DNA of 45,898 bases from Pseudovirgaria hyperparasitica (taxonomy: Eukaryota). Numbering within the stretch: position 1 is the first letter of the stretch; each line of letters starts with the position of its first letter. The notes under the pieces are model-generated. The model saw nothing but the letters and a program-made list of their open reading frames with translations. It searched no databases and was not told where the DNA came from. Shown piece after piece: positions 12,428 to 24,771 of the stretch. The position numbers and the translations under genes were made by a program. The DNA lies in assembly GCA_010093815.1 (NCBI GenBank), contig ML996603.1, one strand, 5' to 3'.

Positions 12428-14931
12428 TACATTGAATCAGAATTAAGGGAACCGGAAGGAGTGTCTTCGTCAGAGTACTGTTGCCACTCTTTGCCAGACC
12501 AGCCTTGTTTCTTTTGAGTGTCCCGGCGTGTTGAGTGGCTTGTATGCATACTGTGAAAGCTATGACGAGTCAGAATAGGAGATCATTTATCAGGATGTGG
12601 GCGCGTGCCGGGGCGGCAGTGCCCTCGCGCAACTGCGGAACAGCTCCTGCGTGCAGGTCGTTCGAGGCCTGCCGAATTCACATCTAGAGGGAAGGAAGTC
12701 GGATTCGTCTACGCAGTGGTTATGTTAGAGGTCCTGACAGAGTACTTCACATCAGGCTTCAATGTGATTGTACCAAAGATCACGTTGGCGCTTGAGATCC
12801 CGCTAGGAAAGCAAACGTGGCCCGCTTCAGCTTTCCCTCTGACATAAGGCTCGTGACCATCACTCATCGATATTGCAGACAAGTACGGTGGATTTCCCGT
12901 CTACGTCCGTTACCGACCTGGACCCCACAAGAACCAGATATTCGCACTCTATGGCGCTACTCTTGAATGGATCACTGAGTATTTATATGCTATACTGCTG
13001 TACGAGTGCCAGGTTGTGCTCCTCCGGGGCAGAATACCTTGCAAGTCCAGTTCCGCCATTCTGAACGATCGGTTCCCCTTCGTCCTGACGCACACTCAGC
13101 GCTACCTGATCGCCGCCCCATAACTGTTCATCATTACTGGACTCATGCATGGGGGTACATGCATCGGACCCCTTTCTCTTCGGTCCCCGCCGGCTTATCG
13201 CCTGCTTAAGGGAAGCCTACATGCTCATCAAAGTCGTTTAGTTCTCGCCGGTGCTGTTGCTGGTACTGGTGTTGATACTGTTGCTGCTGATGCTGCTGAT
13301 GATGAGTGATCGCAATACATAATCCTCATTCTGACATGCCAACCTGTCTCGAAGATCCTTTAGCTGTGTACAAAGCCACTTACCAGGTTTAATGAGACTA
13401 CCCCTGTCATTAAGAATTGGTTATAAGTCCTTAACCGGTTGGTCATCGCTACTCGAGTGCCGCACGCCAGCTGACTAGTTGCTTGCTAGAAAATGATGAA
13501 TACTGTGTACCCATAGACACATCGGTGATCGGTGAGTCTTGCGACCCCCGGTTGGTTGTGTCTTTTCGGAAAAAACAAATTCATGAGCTATACAGATACG
13601 AGCCGGGGGCGGTGCACGTCCAATCATATCATGTAGATGTGCTTTTCGATGAGGTCATGCTGGCTGGTACTCTTAAGCTTCATCTTTGACCGCAAAAAAT
13701 GGAGGGAAAGACGTCTATGGTTTTCTCTTCCGCTTGGCTGTAGTCGACTGCTTGCGCCTCAACTGTAGGTAAGCCTCGGTGATGATCAACCTTTGGCAGT
13801 TAAGGCCGTAGCTTCTTCCTAGTCTTCGTACAGACTTGCATCGACGTTTCTCGTGCGACTCATGCATTGAGCTACATGGCTTGCGCTGTGACCGGCATAT
13901 CCACAGCGCTATCGTGACTACACTTTGAGCTTGAATTTAAGCGTAGTCCGAGACATGTAGAGTCACGGTGTGATTCGAATCGGTACTGAATAGTGGTGTT
14001 GCTGTGCGCACATTGCTTGTTAGCACGTAGAACTCCTGTCCGACCGTCAGCCATGAAGTACCATCTGAGTCACATATGTAGATCTTACCACAGCGCCGTA
14101 AGACAACCTTGCGAAAGCTCTCTTGCACCGATCGTCTCCCTACGCTTATAGGGCAGTTAAACCAATCTACGCTGTTAGCTAAAAGTACCATGTACGTCCA
14201 AGTAAACTTGGTAGTACGGTTGTAAAGCATATACATCGCCTAGAACTCGGTCGACTGATTGCTTACACCGTAGAATACCGAGACTCGACTGAGCTGCTCC
14301 GGGAGCGACGCTGGCAAGAACTTAATGAGCCTCTAACGTCGATATACAGAGTGGGCCTCTTGCGCGCCCTTCTCCAGGACTCGCGCCACTCGCGCCATTT
14401 AGATCCGCCAACCATACCTGTATAGTGTATTCTGACCCAAATGCGAATCCAGCAAGAAGATCCTATGTAGTTGAACGGAAATATCGACCTCAACGTTCTC
14501 ATTGATCCTTCCTTCGTTGAGGTAGTACAAGATCCGGATGGCTTGGAATACTAAGTTCCGACAAGACAATGTTCGGTAGGGGCAGTGTGAAAGGGCGCAG
14601 GGCCACCGTGCCTTTCCAGCTGCTGTTTTGGTTCCTGAGGCGATGAGAGCGACAGGGCGCGCAGTAAGTCATCTGCATATCAATGTAAAAGGCTCAGTAA
14701 CACGGCTTGCCGAGCCACATAAGTATCTCCTCATTCTCCATCAAGCGGCTTGTTAATGCACAAGGGTTGAATTTGTATGATCTTCTTGGCTCACTGATCA
14801 TCAGAAGAAGAAGTCATCTTTTAGTAGTTCTCACGGCAGCATTGAACTAAAGATGAGAGCACTTGCGTGTACGACAGCCCTGGCAATGTCCCTCCTTACG
14901 TTGGCAGCTATTTAGAATAATCTATTAATAA

Positions 14932-17260
14932 TAAGGAGTCGTGGGAAGAATGGAAGGAAGCGATACGACAACGCGACAAAGTCCTCCGTAACGAAAGGCG
15001 TAAACAGTGGCGTATACACGACACGCAACAGGGCTATGGCGCATGGCGAAATGGGCCAAGGGCGCAGACACTCCGACACCCCCGCCACTCATGCCTCCCC
15101 TAATACATCAGGGGAGAACATACTCCACGAGCCTTGAGAAAACTGAGGCCCTACGGGAGGCCATGTTCCCTCTCCCGGAACCAGCAGACCTATCAGACGT
15201 TCACGGCGCCGAATACCCACACGCGGTAGACATCCCCGAAGAAGTTACGGAGGAGGACATACTTAACATTATTAAGACACTCCCAAATGATAAAGCACCC
15301 GGACCAGATGGAATTCCAAATCGATGCCTAAAAAGCACTATAAAAGCGACCCTACCGCTTATCACTCGTATATTCCAAGAATGCGTCACGCAGGGGTACC
15401 ACCCCCAGAGCTTCCGAGTCGCCCATACCATCATGCTCCCGAAACCAGGAAAGAGCCCTAACTCCCTAAAGGGATGGAGACCAATCGCCCTTCTCTCCTG
15501 CCTAGGCAAGATACTAGAGGCCACGATAGCGAAGAAGATGAGCACCGCGGCACAGGAACACAATCTCCTCCCTCCGAACCAGAAGGCAAAGGTAGGTAGC
15601 TCCCCAATAACAGCTATCCAACACATTATCGAAGTCGTCCAGGCCGCATGGAAACAGGGACGGGTAGTATCGCTCCTCTCCCTCGATATGGCCGGAGCGT
15701 TTGACAAGGTAAACCACACAAGACTTATTCATAACCTCCGGATGAGACGAATACCAGAATGGATTACACGCTTCATACAGTCATTCCTCACAGGAAGAAC
15801 AACTCAGATACATATCCCTGGGTACCAGAGCGAATACAAAGAGACGGCATGCGGCATCCCACAAGGGAGCACCATCTCTCCGATCCTATTCCTCTTCTTT
15901 ACGGCAGACCTTCTTCAAGGAATGAAGCACACAGAGGCAGTCGGATACGCCGATGACACATACCTCCTAGCCATCGATAATAATACCAACCGAACGTGTA
16001 GACGACTAGAACAGGACCACGAGAGGTGCCTCCAGTGGGCAAAACGCCACGGAGCAAAGTTCGCCCCGGAGAAATACCAGCTCATGCACTTCATCAATCG
16101 TCAAGGGAAATGGGCAACTAGGGAAGGCGAACGACGCCCCCGAATCGACGCATTCAACGAACCACCAGCACAAAGCATGCGCGCGCTCGGAGTCATACTA
16201 GATAGCAAGCTTAAATGGGGACCACAAGTGGCATACGCCGTCTCCAGGGCCCTCCGGGCAGAAGCCGCCATACGACGGATTACAGCCTCCACGTGGGGAA
16301 CCGCCCGGGATAAGGCACGCCAGCTATATATATCTATGGCACGACCCGCCTTCACGTACGGACACGAGTGCTGGTACACGGCCCTTACACAGACCAGGCG
16401 AATGAAGCTCGAATCCATACAGAACCGCATACTCCGTCTCATATCAGGCGCATACAAAGCTACCAACACGGTGCTGCTGCGACGCGAGACAGACGTCACA
16501 AGCATACATGACTTCTGCCAGACACAGAGGGTGGCATACTTCACCAAACAACAAGCACAGGAACGCATAGGAAACGCAGAACACACTTTCGCCGCGCGAC
16601 GCGCACGAATCAGCACACATTGCCGCGCACTCCTACACACAGGCCGGAATCGAATACGGTACAGGTGCTCAATAGAAGCCGACTCCAGCCAAGTAGCACA
16701 AGAAGTCCGAGACAACCCGGTGTGAGGCGTGCGGCCGGAGAGGTACAATACGCCACTATCTAGCTATATGCCCCAACCTCCATACACAACGGCAATGGCT
16801 CATCCACGTCACGAAGACTTCAGATATCGCACGATGGCTTAATGAGTACCCCAAGGACGTCTCCCGATGGATGCTTACACATCTACCACTCCTCCAGTAC
16901 CAGTGGACCCGGAAATATATGCCGGAAGAGACCCGGCATACGCCGGCAGCAACCCGACATATACCGGAAGAACCCCGGGAGAACCCCGATTATTAGTCGA
17001 GGGCAGCCCTTGACTAATAACCTCCGCACCTGCACGTGCTGCCTGAGGGCAAAACAACGGTAACACAGGCTGTAGGCTAATAGGCGTACCCTATGGCTGT
17101 ATACTCAAGACGAAACAGAGGTTCAACGAGATGTAGTTATAGACATAAGGAAGTTTTTCCCTATGGGGTTTCTTCTTACATAGTGGCTTAGACTAGAGGA
17201 GGCATAGGCCTGTAGAGTACTACTCTACCTAGTTATACAATATTATTATTATTATTATTA
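14932..17260 (+). mobile_element. 5'-truncated Tad1-like LINE (non-LTR retrotransposon)
   Basis: RT ORF 15007-16725; CCHC knuckle (CEACG..HYLAIC) in a shifted frame from about 16721; 3' UTR ending in a (TAT)n tail at 17241-17260; no ORF1 or endonuclease. Confidence 0.92.
15007..16725 (+). CDS. LINE reverse transcriptase, partial and frameshifted at both ends
   Basis: KAPGPDGIPN, LPKPGK..WRPIALLSCLGKILE, LDMAGAFDKV, GIPQGSTISPILF, YADD, LGVILDSKLKW. Confidence 0.93.
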   Translation: MAYTRHATGLWRMAKWAKGADTPTPPPLMPPLIHQGRTYSTSLEKTEALREAMFPLPEPADLSDVHGAEYPHAVDIPEEVTEEDILNIIKTLPNDKAPGPDGIPNRCLKSTIKATLPLITRIFQECVTQGYHPQSFRVAHTIMLPKPGKSPNSLKGWRPIALLSCLGKILEATIAKKMSTAAQEHNLLPPNQKAKVGSSPITAIQHIIEVVQAAWKQGRVVSLLSLDMAGAFDKVNHTRLIHNLRMRRIPEWITRFIQSFLTGRTTQIHIPGYQSEYKETACGIPQGSTISPILFLFFTADLLQGMKHTEAVGYADDTYLLAIDNNTNRTCRRLEQDHERCLQWAKRHGAKFAPEKYQLMHFINRQGKWATREGERRPRIDAFNEPPAQSMRALGVILDSKLKWGPQVAYAVSRALRAEAAIRRITASTWGTARDKARQLYISMARPAFTYGHECWYTALTQTRRMKLESIQNRILRLISGAYKATNTVLLRRETDVTSIHDFCQTQRVAYFTKQQAQERIGNAEHTFAARRARISTHCRALLHTGRNRIRYRCSIEADSSQVAQEVRDNPV

Positions 17261-17559
17261 TAGATAGACTGGAAGTGCTAAAATGGAGAAGCAGTGACCA
17301 TGGCAAGAAAGGAATACACGCGGTGTTAGGGCGTTATTAGCGGACATGATGATGGGAATTTGAGCATTCTTTCCATGCCACTCGACTTTCTATTCGACTG
17401 CCAAATGGGAATAGAATACGACAGCTGGCGAGTAAATCATTTGTAAAGCGTGATGCTTTCATGGTGAGTCCAAGCGGTGAATCCCTAATCGAATAGGATA
17501 GTCAAGAAATCCTTTCCTGACAAGCTTAAAGGTACTAACTACTTATGTTAGCTACTAAT

Positions 17560-18020
17560 AGTTTCGGAGTTGTAACCTCCGAAGTGCTCCCGACTTGAAC
17601 TGTACATATACACTTCAACGGTACTATGTATCTATAAAATGAAGATAGCGACGTCTATATAGCTAATACCATATATTTATTACTCGTCAACTTCTTCGCA
17701 GTCATCTGGGAATTGAGTACTCGTGTTCTAGTCACATTCCTCAGCAGTAGGCACTTCTGTGGCCTGTTTTTGAGCCTCCCTAGCCGCCCTCTGTGCATCT
17801 TCTTTGTAATAGTAACCCTAGAGTCTCTCACGTTGAAGGAACCATATTTGCCAATACCCTTCTTTGTAGGAGGGTTACGTCTAGCACGATTGACGGCTGC
17901 TTGTTAATTATCGCGTAATTCATTGCGACAGAGTTCATACTTAATAGAGAGTGCGTGTGTTGATTTGTATAGTTTACTCCAGAGTTTCTGACTGGTTTTA
18001 GTAATCTTTACTACTAGAGA
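17560..18020 (-). mobile_element. Probable pogo/Fot1-type transposase 3' relic with its terminal repeat
   Basis: Minus frame AAVNRARRNPPTKKGIGKYGSFNVRDSR resembles the basic C-terminal tail of Fot1-like transposases; TIR-like sequence begins TAGTTTCGGAG at about 17559. Confidence 0.4.
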
Positions 18021-18154
18021 TACCAAATTGCGCCAAATTGCCAAATCGTTGACGCTCGCAACCTTTCACAACTTGCCAGCCGTTTCAGCCTTGTTGCATG
18101 TCAGGCATGTAATGCGGCCTCAGGTTGCTACTGAGTCGAAGGCGCGCTGACTAA

Positions 18155-19366
18155 CCATCCGTATATCCATAGTTACATCCGTCTGTAACTTTTTCAGCAC
18201 GACTCTTGGCACGCGTCGCGCGTGTAACACACCACTTTTTCTCTTATTCTTAAAACTTACCTTTTCCCTAATATCTAGAACTAGAACTCTAGGAAGTTTT
18301 CTAATTATATATAAATATACCTCTATATAGTCTCTTACTTTCTATATAAGAAAATTAATAAAAAAAGAATAGACTAATTAGTTATTCTAAGAAAAGCTCT
18401 ATAAAGTAGAGAACTATTAATGTAAGAATAGGGTAATTGGATAGTAGTGTAGTCAGATGGAACAATGGGGTGTATTCTGTCACAGAACGAATTACTACCG
18501 AACCCCTTCGGTAGGAATCCGAGAGTATATACACAAAGGTGCGCCGATCTGTTTTAGCACGTGACCGCTCACCGCCTATCACGCCACCTCCTGACCTAGT
18601 CAGCTGAGATACGTGCGAATCTGGTCATGCCTGAGGCTGAGTCCTGACAATTAAAGTACCGAGGTACGTAGTAGAGAAAATAAGAAGTTAGAGATTTTCT
18701 CTATTATCTATCTCTTTAAGACTCTTTAGTCTTTAAAAGAACTTAAAAAGTATTCTTTAGATATAACTAAAAGTATATATAATCTTTTAATATCTTCTAG
18801 AGGCTTAATATTAGGGTTATTAAAGGAAATAGCGGTTTTTAAGAATAAGAGAAAAAGTGGTGTGTTGCGCGCGCGACGCGTGCCAAGAGTCGCGCTGAAA
18901 AAGCTACAGACGGATGGGAAAGCTTGGCGCCCGATGTTCGCCCATGTCACCAACACACACGATTTAGTATAATTACATTTTTATCTATTACCGTCGTATA
19001 ATACCTATATAGCTATAAAAACTACTATATATTAGTTCTATATAATCCTAATTATAGATCTATACTCTTTTTATTACTTTATATTATCCATAATACCTCT
19101 AAAACTAAAGAAAAAGAGTAAAAAGAGTAAGTAATATAGAGATACTCTTAGGTATAGCTAGCTATATACCCCTATATTTAAAAGCGCTCTAGAAGTATAT
19201 AGAGAGGATATTAAGGATCTATAGTATTATATATTAGTTATACTATCTCTTAAATACTATATAAGCGTAGTATAGGAGTAGTATATAAGAATATTAATTA
19301 TACTTAATCGTGTGTGTTGGTGACATGGGCGAACATCGGGCGCCAAGCTATGGATATACGGATGGA
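18155..19366. mobile_element. Nested non-autonomous TIR elements: element B (18176-18917) inserted in the left TIR of element A (18155-19366)
   Basis: B TIRs at about 18176-18257 and 18836-18917; A TIRs at 18155-18172 plus 18921-18965 versus 19305-19366; interiors very AT/TpA-rich (RIP). Confidence 0.8.
18448..18649 (-). mobile_element. Probable solo LTR (about 200 bp) inside element B
   Basis: TGTCAGG...GACTACA termini on the minus strand; GC-richer island inside RIP'd DNA; no clean TSD. Confidence 0.5.
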
Positions 19367-19513
19367 CGGAATGGGTCGTCCCATCCATTTAGCCCCGAAT
19401 TTCCTCTAGTTAAAGTCAAGACACACGACAACAGCGAGAACCCAAATTTTTGGAATTCAGTCGATCAAACGCACGCATATACCTTCTCATTAGGCTACTT
19501 GACTTGCTGTGTG

Positions 19514-20584
19514 TCAGGCGCATCGCCCAGTGCGCCTCAGACACCATGGCGACCGCGTGGCCCCAGGAAATGGTTGGGGTCTTCCCCCACTGCTGGGACG
19601 ATTAGACGAGTGATGGTCACTGCCGGCATGCGTGCCAACCGGGGGCAGCTGAGGACCTGGCTCCGTGGTATGAGGATAGTGATGCGGGGCCGGATACGAA
19701 GTCTGCGGGGCTCTTGTCGTGAAGCTGTGGGGATATGACTGACTGCTGGGATGATGGTGCTGCGGTGCAGGTGGTACCTGAGAGTTGCTGATGGGAGGAG
19801 GAACACGATCTAGATGAGTGGGTGGTGGGCCGACGTGTGGTAAATAGGCGTGGTGGATTGCGTAAGTTCCATGGGGTGTCGCAGATGGCGTTGGCGGCCA
19901 ACCGGGCTGCTGCGGAATGTATGTCGGGCCCATGGGAGCACGTTGATACGGCGACCCAGCATTGGGCTGAGGTGATCCTGCGGAGAAGCCAGGTGATGCC
20001 ATAGGAGCGCGTGTCACTGTTGGCATATTGACTTGTGGGTCATTCACAGTAGACTCCGGATACATGTTTTTCGGCGGGCGTATGTGCCTGAGGTTTGGAT
20101 CCGTCGATGGTTGTAAGAGATTTGAAGCAGATGGTGAAGATCGGGCATAGTAGCTGATGAGGCGCAGGTGTTGGCCACTCGATGTGGTTATGCTGAACGA
20201 TTGTTTCATGAGTCCGTCTGGCTTATGCCGGTATCCATCAGGTCCCCCCCCCTCTGAGTCGCCGCTTCTTGCATCAACCTTTGGACTTGGTTTCTTCTGG
20301 GGCTGCGGTACTGTAGCGTATCCATTTCCTCCTCTCTTGCCCTCCATTTCACGATAAGTGAAGAAGCTCCTCGAAACTCTGCTAACGCTCCAGGATTTCC
20401 CGTCTGTCCACCGACGCATGCCAGCTTCTCGCTCATCCCAGACGAACACCGACCCTGACTTGATCTGTTACCTCTCTTTTTCGGACAATCTCCGCTGGAC
20501 ACGAGGCAGAAGTCCGATTCGACATGCTTCGAAGAGAATGATGGCGTCTGCGAGAGTCTTGACGTGGCCGTTGTAAGTCTCCAT
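19514..20584 (-). pseudogene. pac2: Gti1/Pac2 (WOPR) transcription factor, Pac2-type, nonsense at codon 39
   Basis: METYNGHVKTLADAIILFEACRIGLLPRVQRRLSEKER*QIKSGSVFVWDEREAGMRRWTDGKSWS...YREM...GLMKQSFSITT..QHLRLISYY; TAA at 20468-20470. Confidence 0.9.
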
Positions 20585-21824
20585 TTGAAAAGTGGTACGC
20601 GTGCGGCGCGTCGACCGGGAGGACGGTTACAGAGGCTCTGCGCAAGTTGTAGTGTTAACAGGCGTGGGAGTTCTTGAGTAGGGTGTGAGAATGCTGGAAG
20701 CTGAGATGAATGGAGCACAGTAGGATCGATATGACAGAGACTGCGTTTCGATGTTTGGGGCAACTTCGACTGCGTAGTGCGGGCGGTAAAGAAGACGGTT
20801 CGTAGCTGGGTATGTGAAGGGCGGAGAAAAGGTAATGGGAAAAGCCGTGCAATGGTTACCTACCGGCCAGGAAGCTATATGACTAAGCCGATAGAGAAGA
20901 CATTGTGGTGTATTTATTGGTTATGGCGGCGCAGTACGAGTAAAGTTGTCCCACTGCTCTTTAACACAACGGAGGAGTGAAACCCAGTGTTTTCGTTAGG
21001 CGTTGGTATGTTGGCGCAAGCGGATTCATCGATAGCAGTTTTGGTTCTAGGCCGGTGAAGAGCAGGAAGTGTTCCCTTGAGGGCTTTCTGGAAGGCCGCC
21101 AGCAGCGCAGCTCAATCAAACACCCCGCGCTCCAGCCTTTTGTTGCCGACTTCAATCGTCGCCAGGAGGTTGAACAGGAGCGCCAAGTCACCCAGGAGAT
21201 GCAGGAGGTGCGGCAGGTTCAAGCACCGGGGCATGCCACGGCATTAATTTCGTCACGGTATGGTATCCACTCTTGCGTCCCCCAAACGGGGAAAGCAGTC
21301 TCTGCGGGTAGGCTGGGGGTGTAGTTCTCTGCTAGAGAATTCCACGGGGGTCGTGAAATGCTTTCCAGCTGGTGAACGGAGTCGACCCCCTCGAGATTGG
21401 CACCAGGCTTGGCCGCAAAGCCCCCCAGCATCGTAAAACTACCCTTATCATACTCATTCTCCCTTCGTTATGAAGCTCCTCACAGCACATGAAAATTGTC
21501 CTACATTATTACCCTCATGTCTCCATCTAATCATGAGAAGCAACCAAAACCACAAATCGACAGTACGGTCTCAGGGCGTCAGGCCGTCTGATGGCAAAGG
21601 GGACTTGGACCTACAAGCAAACTGATGTCGGTCAGCAAGCAGGTACATGGTGATTTCTGTCCACTCATCTACGGTGACGACGTTGTATTGTTTCTCATGC
21701 TTAACTTTCAATTATGGTCATGGTACGTACGCCTTTGGAGAAAGAACCGTAAAGTGCTGCCCTCGCTATTCATGATCAAAAGTACCAAACAGATAAGCAA
21801 TATTCCGCACATATATCCCCAAGA

Positions 21825-22196
21825 TTGTGGCTTCACAACTCTGCGACTGTACGCCGTATTCGAAATTTCCTCGGCGACAGGCTCAAGGTGCTTTGGGGAG
21901 AGTCACTGCCATTTCCAACCACGTTTTCCCAAACTGGGCACCAAAATCTAATTGAAGCATGTTTAGAGACTTCAAGACTTATTCCAGCCAAGATCAAATT
22001 GAAAGTCCTCGACTATATATCACGGCAAATAACACCCTGGACCCCGGCTTTTCTCCGCTGCGAACTTGCTTTACAACGCAGTCGTGTACAACGAGGCCTA
22101 GGGAAGATTGCCCTTTCAGAAAAGGCTATAGAGCAAGTTTCCGTCCCAGAAGACACGATTATGAGGACAACGCTGTACGGCATGCTCAAGCGCTGA
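21825..22196 (+). pseudogene. Gene fragment, possibly the helical region of an NB-ARC/TPR NLR-like protein
   Basis: LIEACLETSRL..LRCELALQRSRVQRGLG pattern; ends just before a duplicated chitinase fragment. Confidence 0.25.
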
Positions 22197-22205
22197 AAAT
22201 GCTAT

Positions 22206-22332
22206 ATCGGTGGGCGGAAGACCATAGAGAGCAACGCTAGTCTGTCTCTGTTCGTACATAATCTCCACAGGGTTCTCTATGGCGATTCCCCATATTTGAG
22301 AACCATCAATTCAATGAAGTTGGTAAGCAAGT
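22206..22332 (+). repeat. Duplicated piece of chitinase exon 2 and its splice donor (source 31214-31341)
   Basis: gaagaccatagagagc..ctgtctctgttcg..ggtaag at both loci; differences mostly transitions plus a 1-nt deletion. Confidence 0.9.
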
Positions 22333-24052
22333 AATGCTAATACGCTCCGGAGTGGAGTGTCACTCCGCCACTCCGGATCGATTGGAGCGACGCTCTGGAG
22401 TATATCAGGCCCGGTATTGTGTGGCAAGTATCGTATCCCGGGCCGACCTTCTGAAGGCGTTTTCGGAGTAGTCTTTCCTGGCTCCTCGTCTCCTGAACTG
22501 GCTTCAATGTCATATTGATTGGACCAGGCGTGACTAGAAACAGTGTGGTTTGTTGGTTGTGCTTCGCACACTGCTTTATCTCGCCAATTCACTAGTTACA
22601 TTCAAAGAGGACTGTAAGGATGATAAGCGCCGCATTGTATTTCTCTTGATCGATATTAATACCTCGTCTCTGTGTGCTCTTTAATCTCGCGGCCTCGGCG
22701 TCCTCCTTGCTCTCTTCGCCGTCGGCTGCCCCTTGAGTGGGTTAGAGCCCTGTCTGCTCCGCTTCTGGCGTGCTGTTACTTTACCCGAACAGAAGCTGCG
22801 TTGTATTGGGACGCTCTTCAGCCAGGGTAAAGCTGCTCTTGGCAACAGTGTGGTGCCAAGAGCGGCCTCACCCCGGCCCAGGGCACTCTCAGTGCATCTA
22901 ACTGTTTCTTTCCCAATGCGATCATTCACCAGAACGTGTCTGCCGTAATAGGACTCGCCGCTTGCCTTCTCTCTCGGACACACATACTCAGTAACCACAA
23001 GCATTTAGGGGATACAAGAGGGCACAATGATAGATAGGTGCATTATTGGTCAATGGTCTTCCTCCACCACCCCTGACAGGGTGACGCAGTATACCAGCGG
23101 CTGGTGTGCGACAAAGCGGCACGGGCAGCTTCATTCATGCATTGCTCTGGCGGGCTAATTACCGACCATGGTATACGAGATCAAAAGCAAGTCGTCGCGT
23201 TCGCGGCTGCCTTCCGACCTTGTTTCCTTTGAGGGTCCCGGGGCATCGAGTGGCTTGTATGCATACCGTGAAAATCATGACGAGTCAGAAAAGAAGCAAA
23301 ACGCTGCTTCGCTGATCGGATGCTGCAAGCGTATGGACTATCCTCACCGTCCAGGTTCCTGCAAAGCTCGTGGCTGCGGCGCAGTAACAGATCGAAGGCT
23401 TACGATTATCCGTATTGAATTAGATTCAGACGATATATCTACGACACTACTTCCAAGAAATGATGCGGCCTGAAGCTCCAGATCAGAGCTGCTAGTTTCT
23501 AACACACGACTTGATTCTTTTCACTTTTCACTCCTCAACTTTTGTTCCTGGTGCACGACCCTCTCATCTTTGCAGTTATCCACATAATGTTCTACGATCA
23601 TGCGGCCGCACGGTATGTCTCATACCAGGAAAGGCTGACAAACTTTTGCTTCAATTGGGGATTACCGAGCCCACGCTGGTATCGATGCTCCGAACAGCGC
23701 GGTATGCTGCCTTTCATCTGCAAAAGAATCCATAGTGATCCACAATCTGACACACCAACTTTTAGGAAGACGCACAGCTTGGTCGAGTCTTGTAGGTATC
23801 GGTCGATTTGCATTCTCATGTCGTTTCTGGTTTGATGTCAACTATATCAAAAATGCTGACGATGACGCTGCTGAGTTGGCTTTGGGGTACCTTGAAAGTA
23901 GGTGCCAGTTCTGGCGTAGGTCATCGCAGAGGCGGTTCAGAATCTTAGTAGGATATAGCAGAACATCTTACAGTGTCTTTCTGTTTACACGCACATAGCT
24001 GCCGTACATCGTCTGCAAGACTGCCTGAGTGACTTCTGCCGTGTTAGAATGC

Positions 24053-24771
24053 CTAATCCCAGAGCCGTAGCCGAAGCTCAGGATTCGACTTTTTGGAATA
24101 TCCTTGGACAGGAACTCCAGTATCTTCCTGTCTTGCACTTATGATATCGGATTGTTGTGCGGGATAGTTGGGTGTTGATATCCATTCCGTCAAAGAATCC
24201 ACTTGTCTCTTCTCCTCAACGCTCCAAAACGCGTCTGTGTTTTGCTTGACCGCCTGGGTGTCATTTTGCACTGTATGAATGCCAGTCTTGAGAGCCTGAG
24301 ATAGCTTGCTAAACTGGTTAGTATTTTATGTTCGGTCTTCGACGGAAGTACAAAAACGTACAGGTGGTCCAGCTCCAGTACGATCTGCACAAGAGTCTTC
24401 AAGCGCTCTATCCTCAGAAGAATGCTTTCGATTTCCTCCTTCTTTAACTTCCACATAATGGTCTGCCCAAGTTTGGTGATCCCACTCTCATTTGTCATGC
24501 TGCCTTGAAGCTCTTCAAGCGCTTGTTTGTATCGATCGAGGGGGCCATTACTCGCGCTGAGGGCGTTGATAGACCGATACCAAGGCTCATCATAGCCTCC
24601 GCCTTGTAGTCGAAACCTCAGGTGGATGAGCAAGGTGGACAAGTTCGACAGCTCAAGAGTACACCGTTCGCGGTCCGTCGAAGCGCCCTTCGGGTTGGTA
24701 AGCAATGAGAGCACCTTTGTTGTTAGCTGTGGGATAGTGATAACGCCGGCTGTAACGCTGAGAGAATCCAT
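24053..24771 (-). pseudogene. Truncated fungal NLR: HeLo-like/SesA-type N-terminal domain, cut before the NACHT Walker A; intron 24309-24361
   Basis: MDSLSVTAGVITI..ELSNL..LL..PW..NGPLDRYKQALEEL..IMWKLKKEEIESIL.RIERLK, then WISTPNYPAQQSDIISARQEDTG, after which similarity stops at about 24118. Confidence 0.85.

Noticed and set aside
14190..14553. Plus-strand frame (LELGRLIAYTVEY..NIDLNVLIDPSF) as a captain C-terminus
   Set aside because: Possible pseudogene, but no tyrosine-recombinase residues; too weak to call
15007..16725. RT as a retron, DGR, group II intron or telomerase
   Set aside because: Motifs, CCHC knuckle and (TAT)n tail are those of a Tad1-like LINE
15201..16748. Antisense ORFs in the LINE
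   Set aside because: Shadow frames of the RT
20461..20475. Intron removing the pac2 TAA (AG|GTAAC)
   Set aside because: The conserved protein sequence is collinear across the site, leaving no room for an intron
22681..23004. 107-aa ORF as a real gene
   Set aside because: Lies in a duplicated block; the copy at about 4553-4750 has a stop and an indel; no domain
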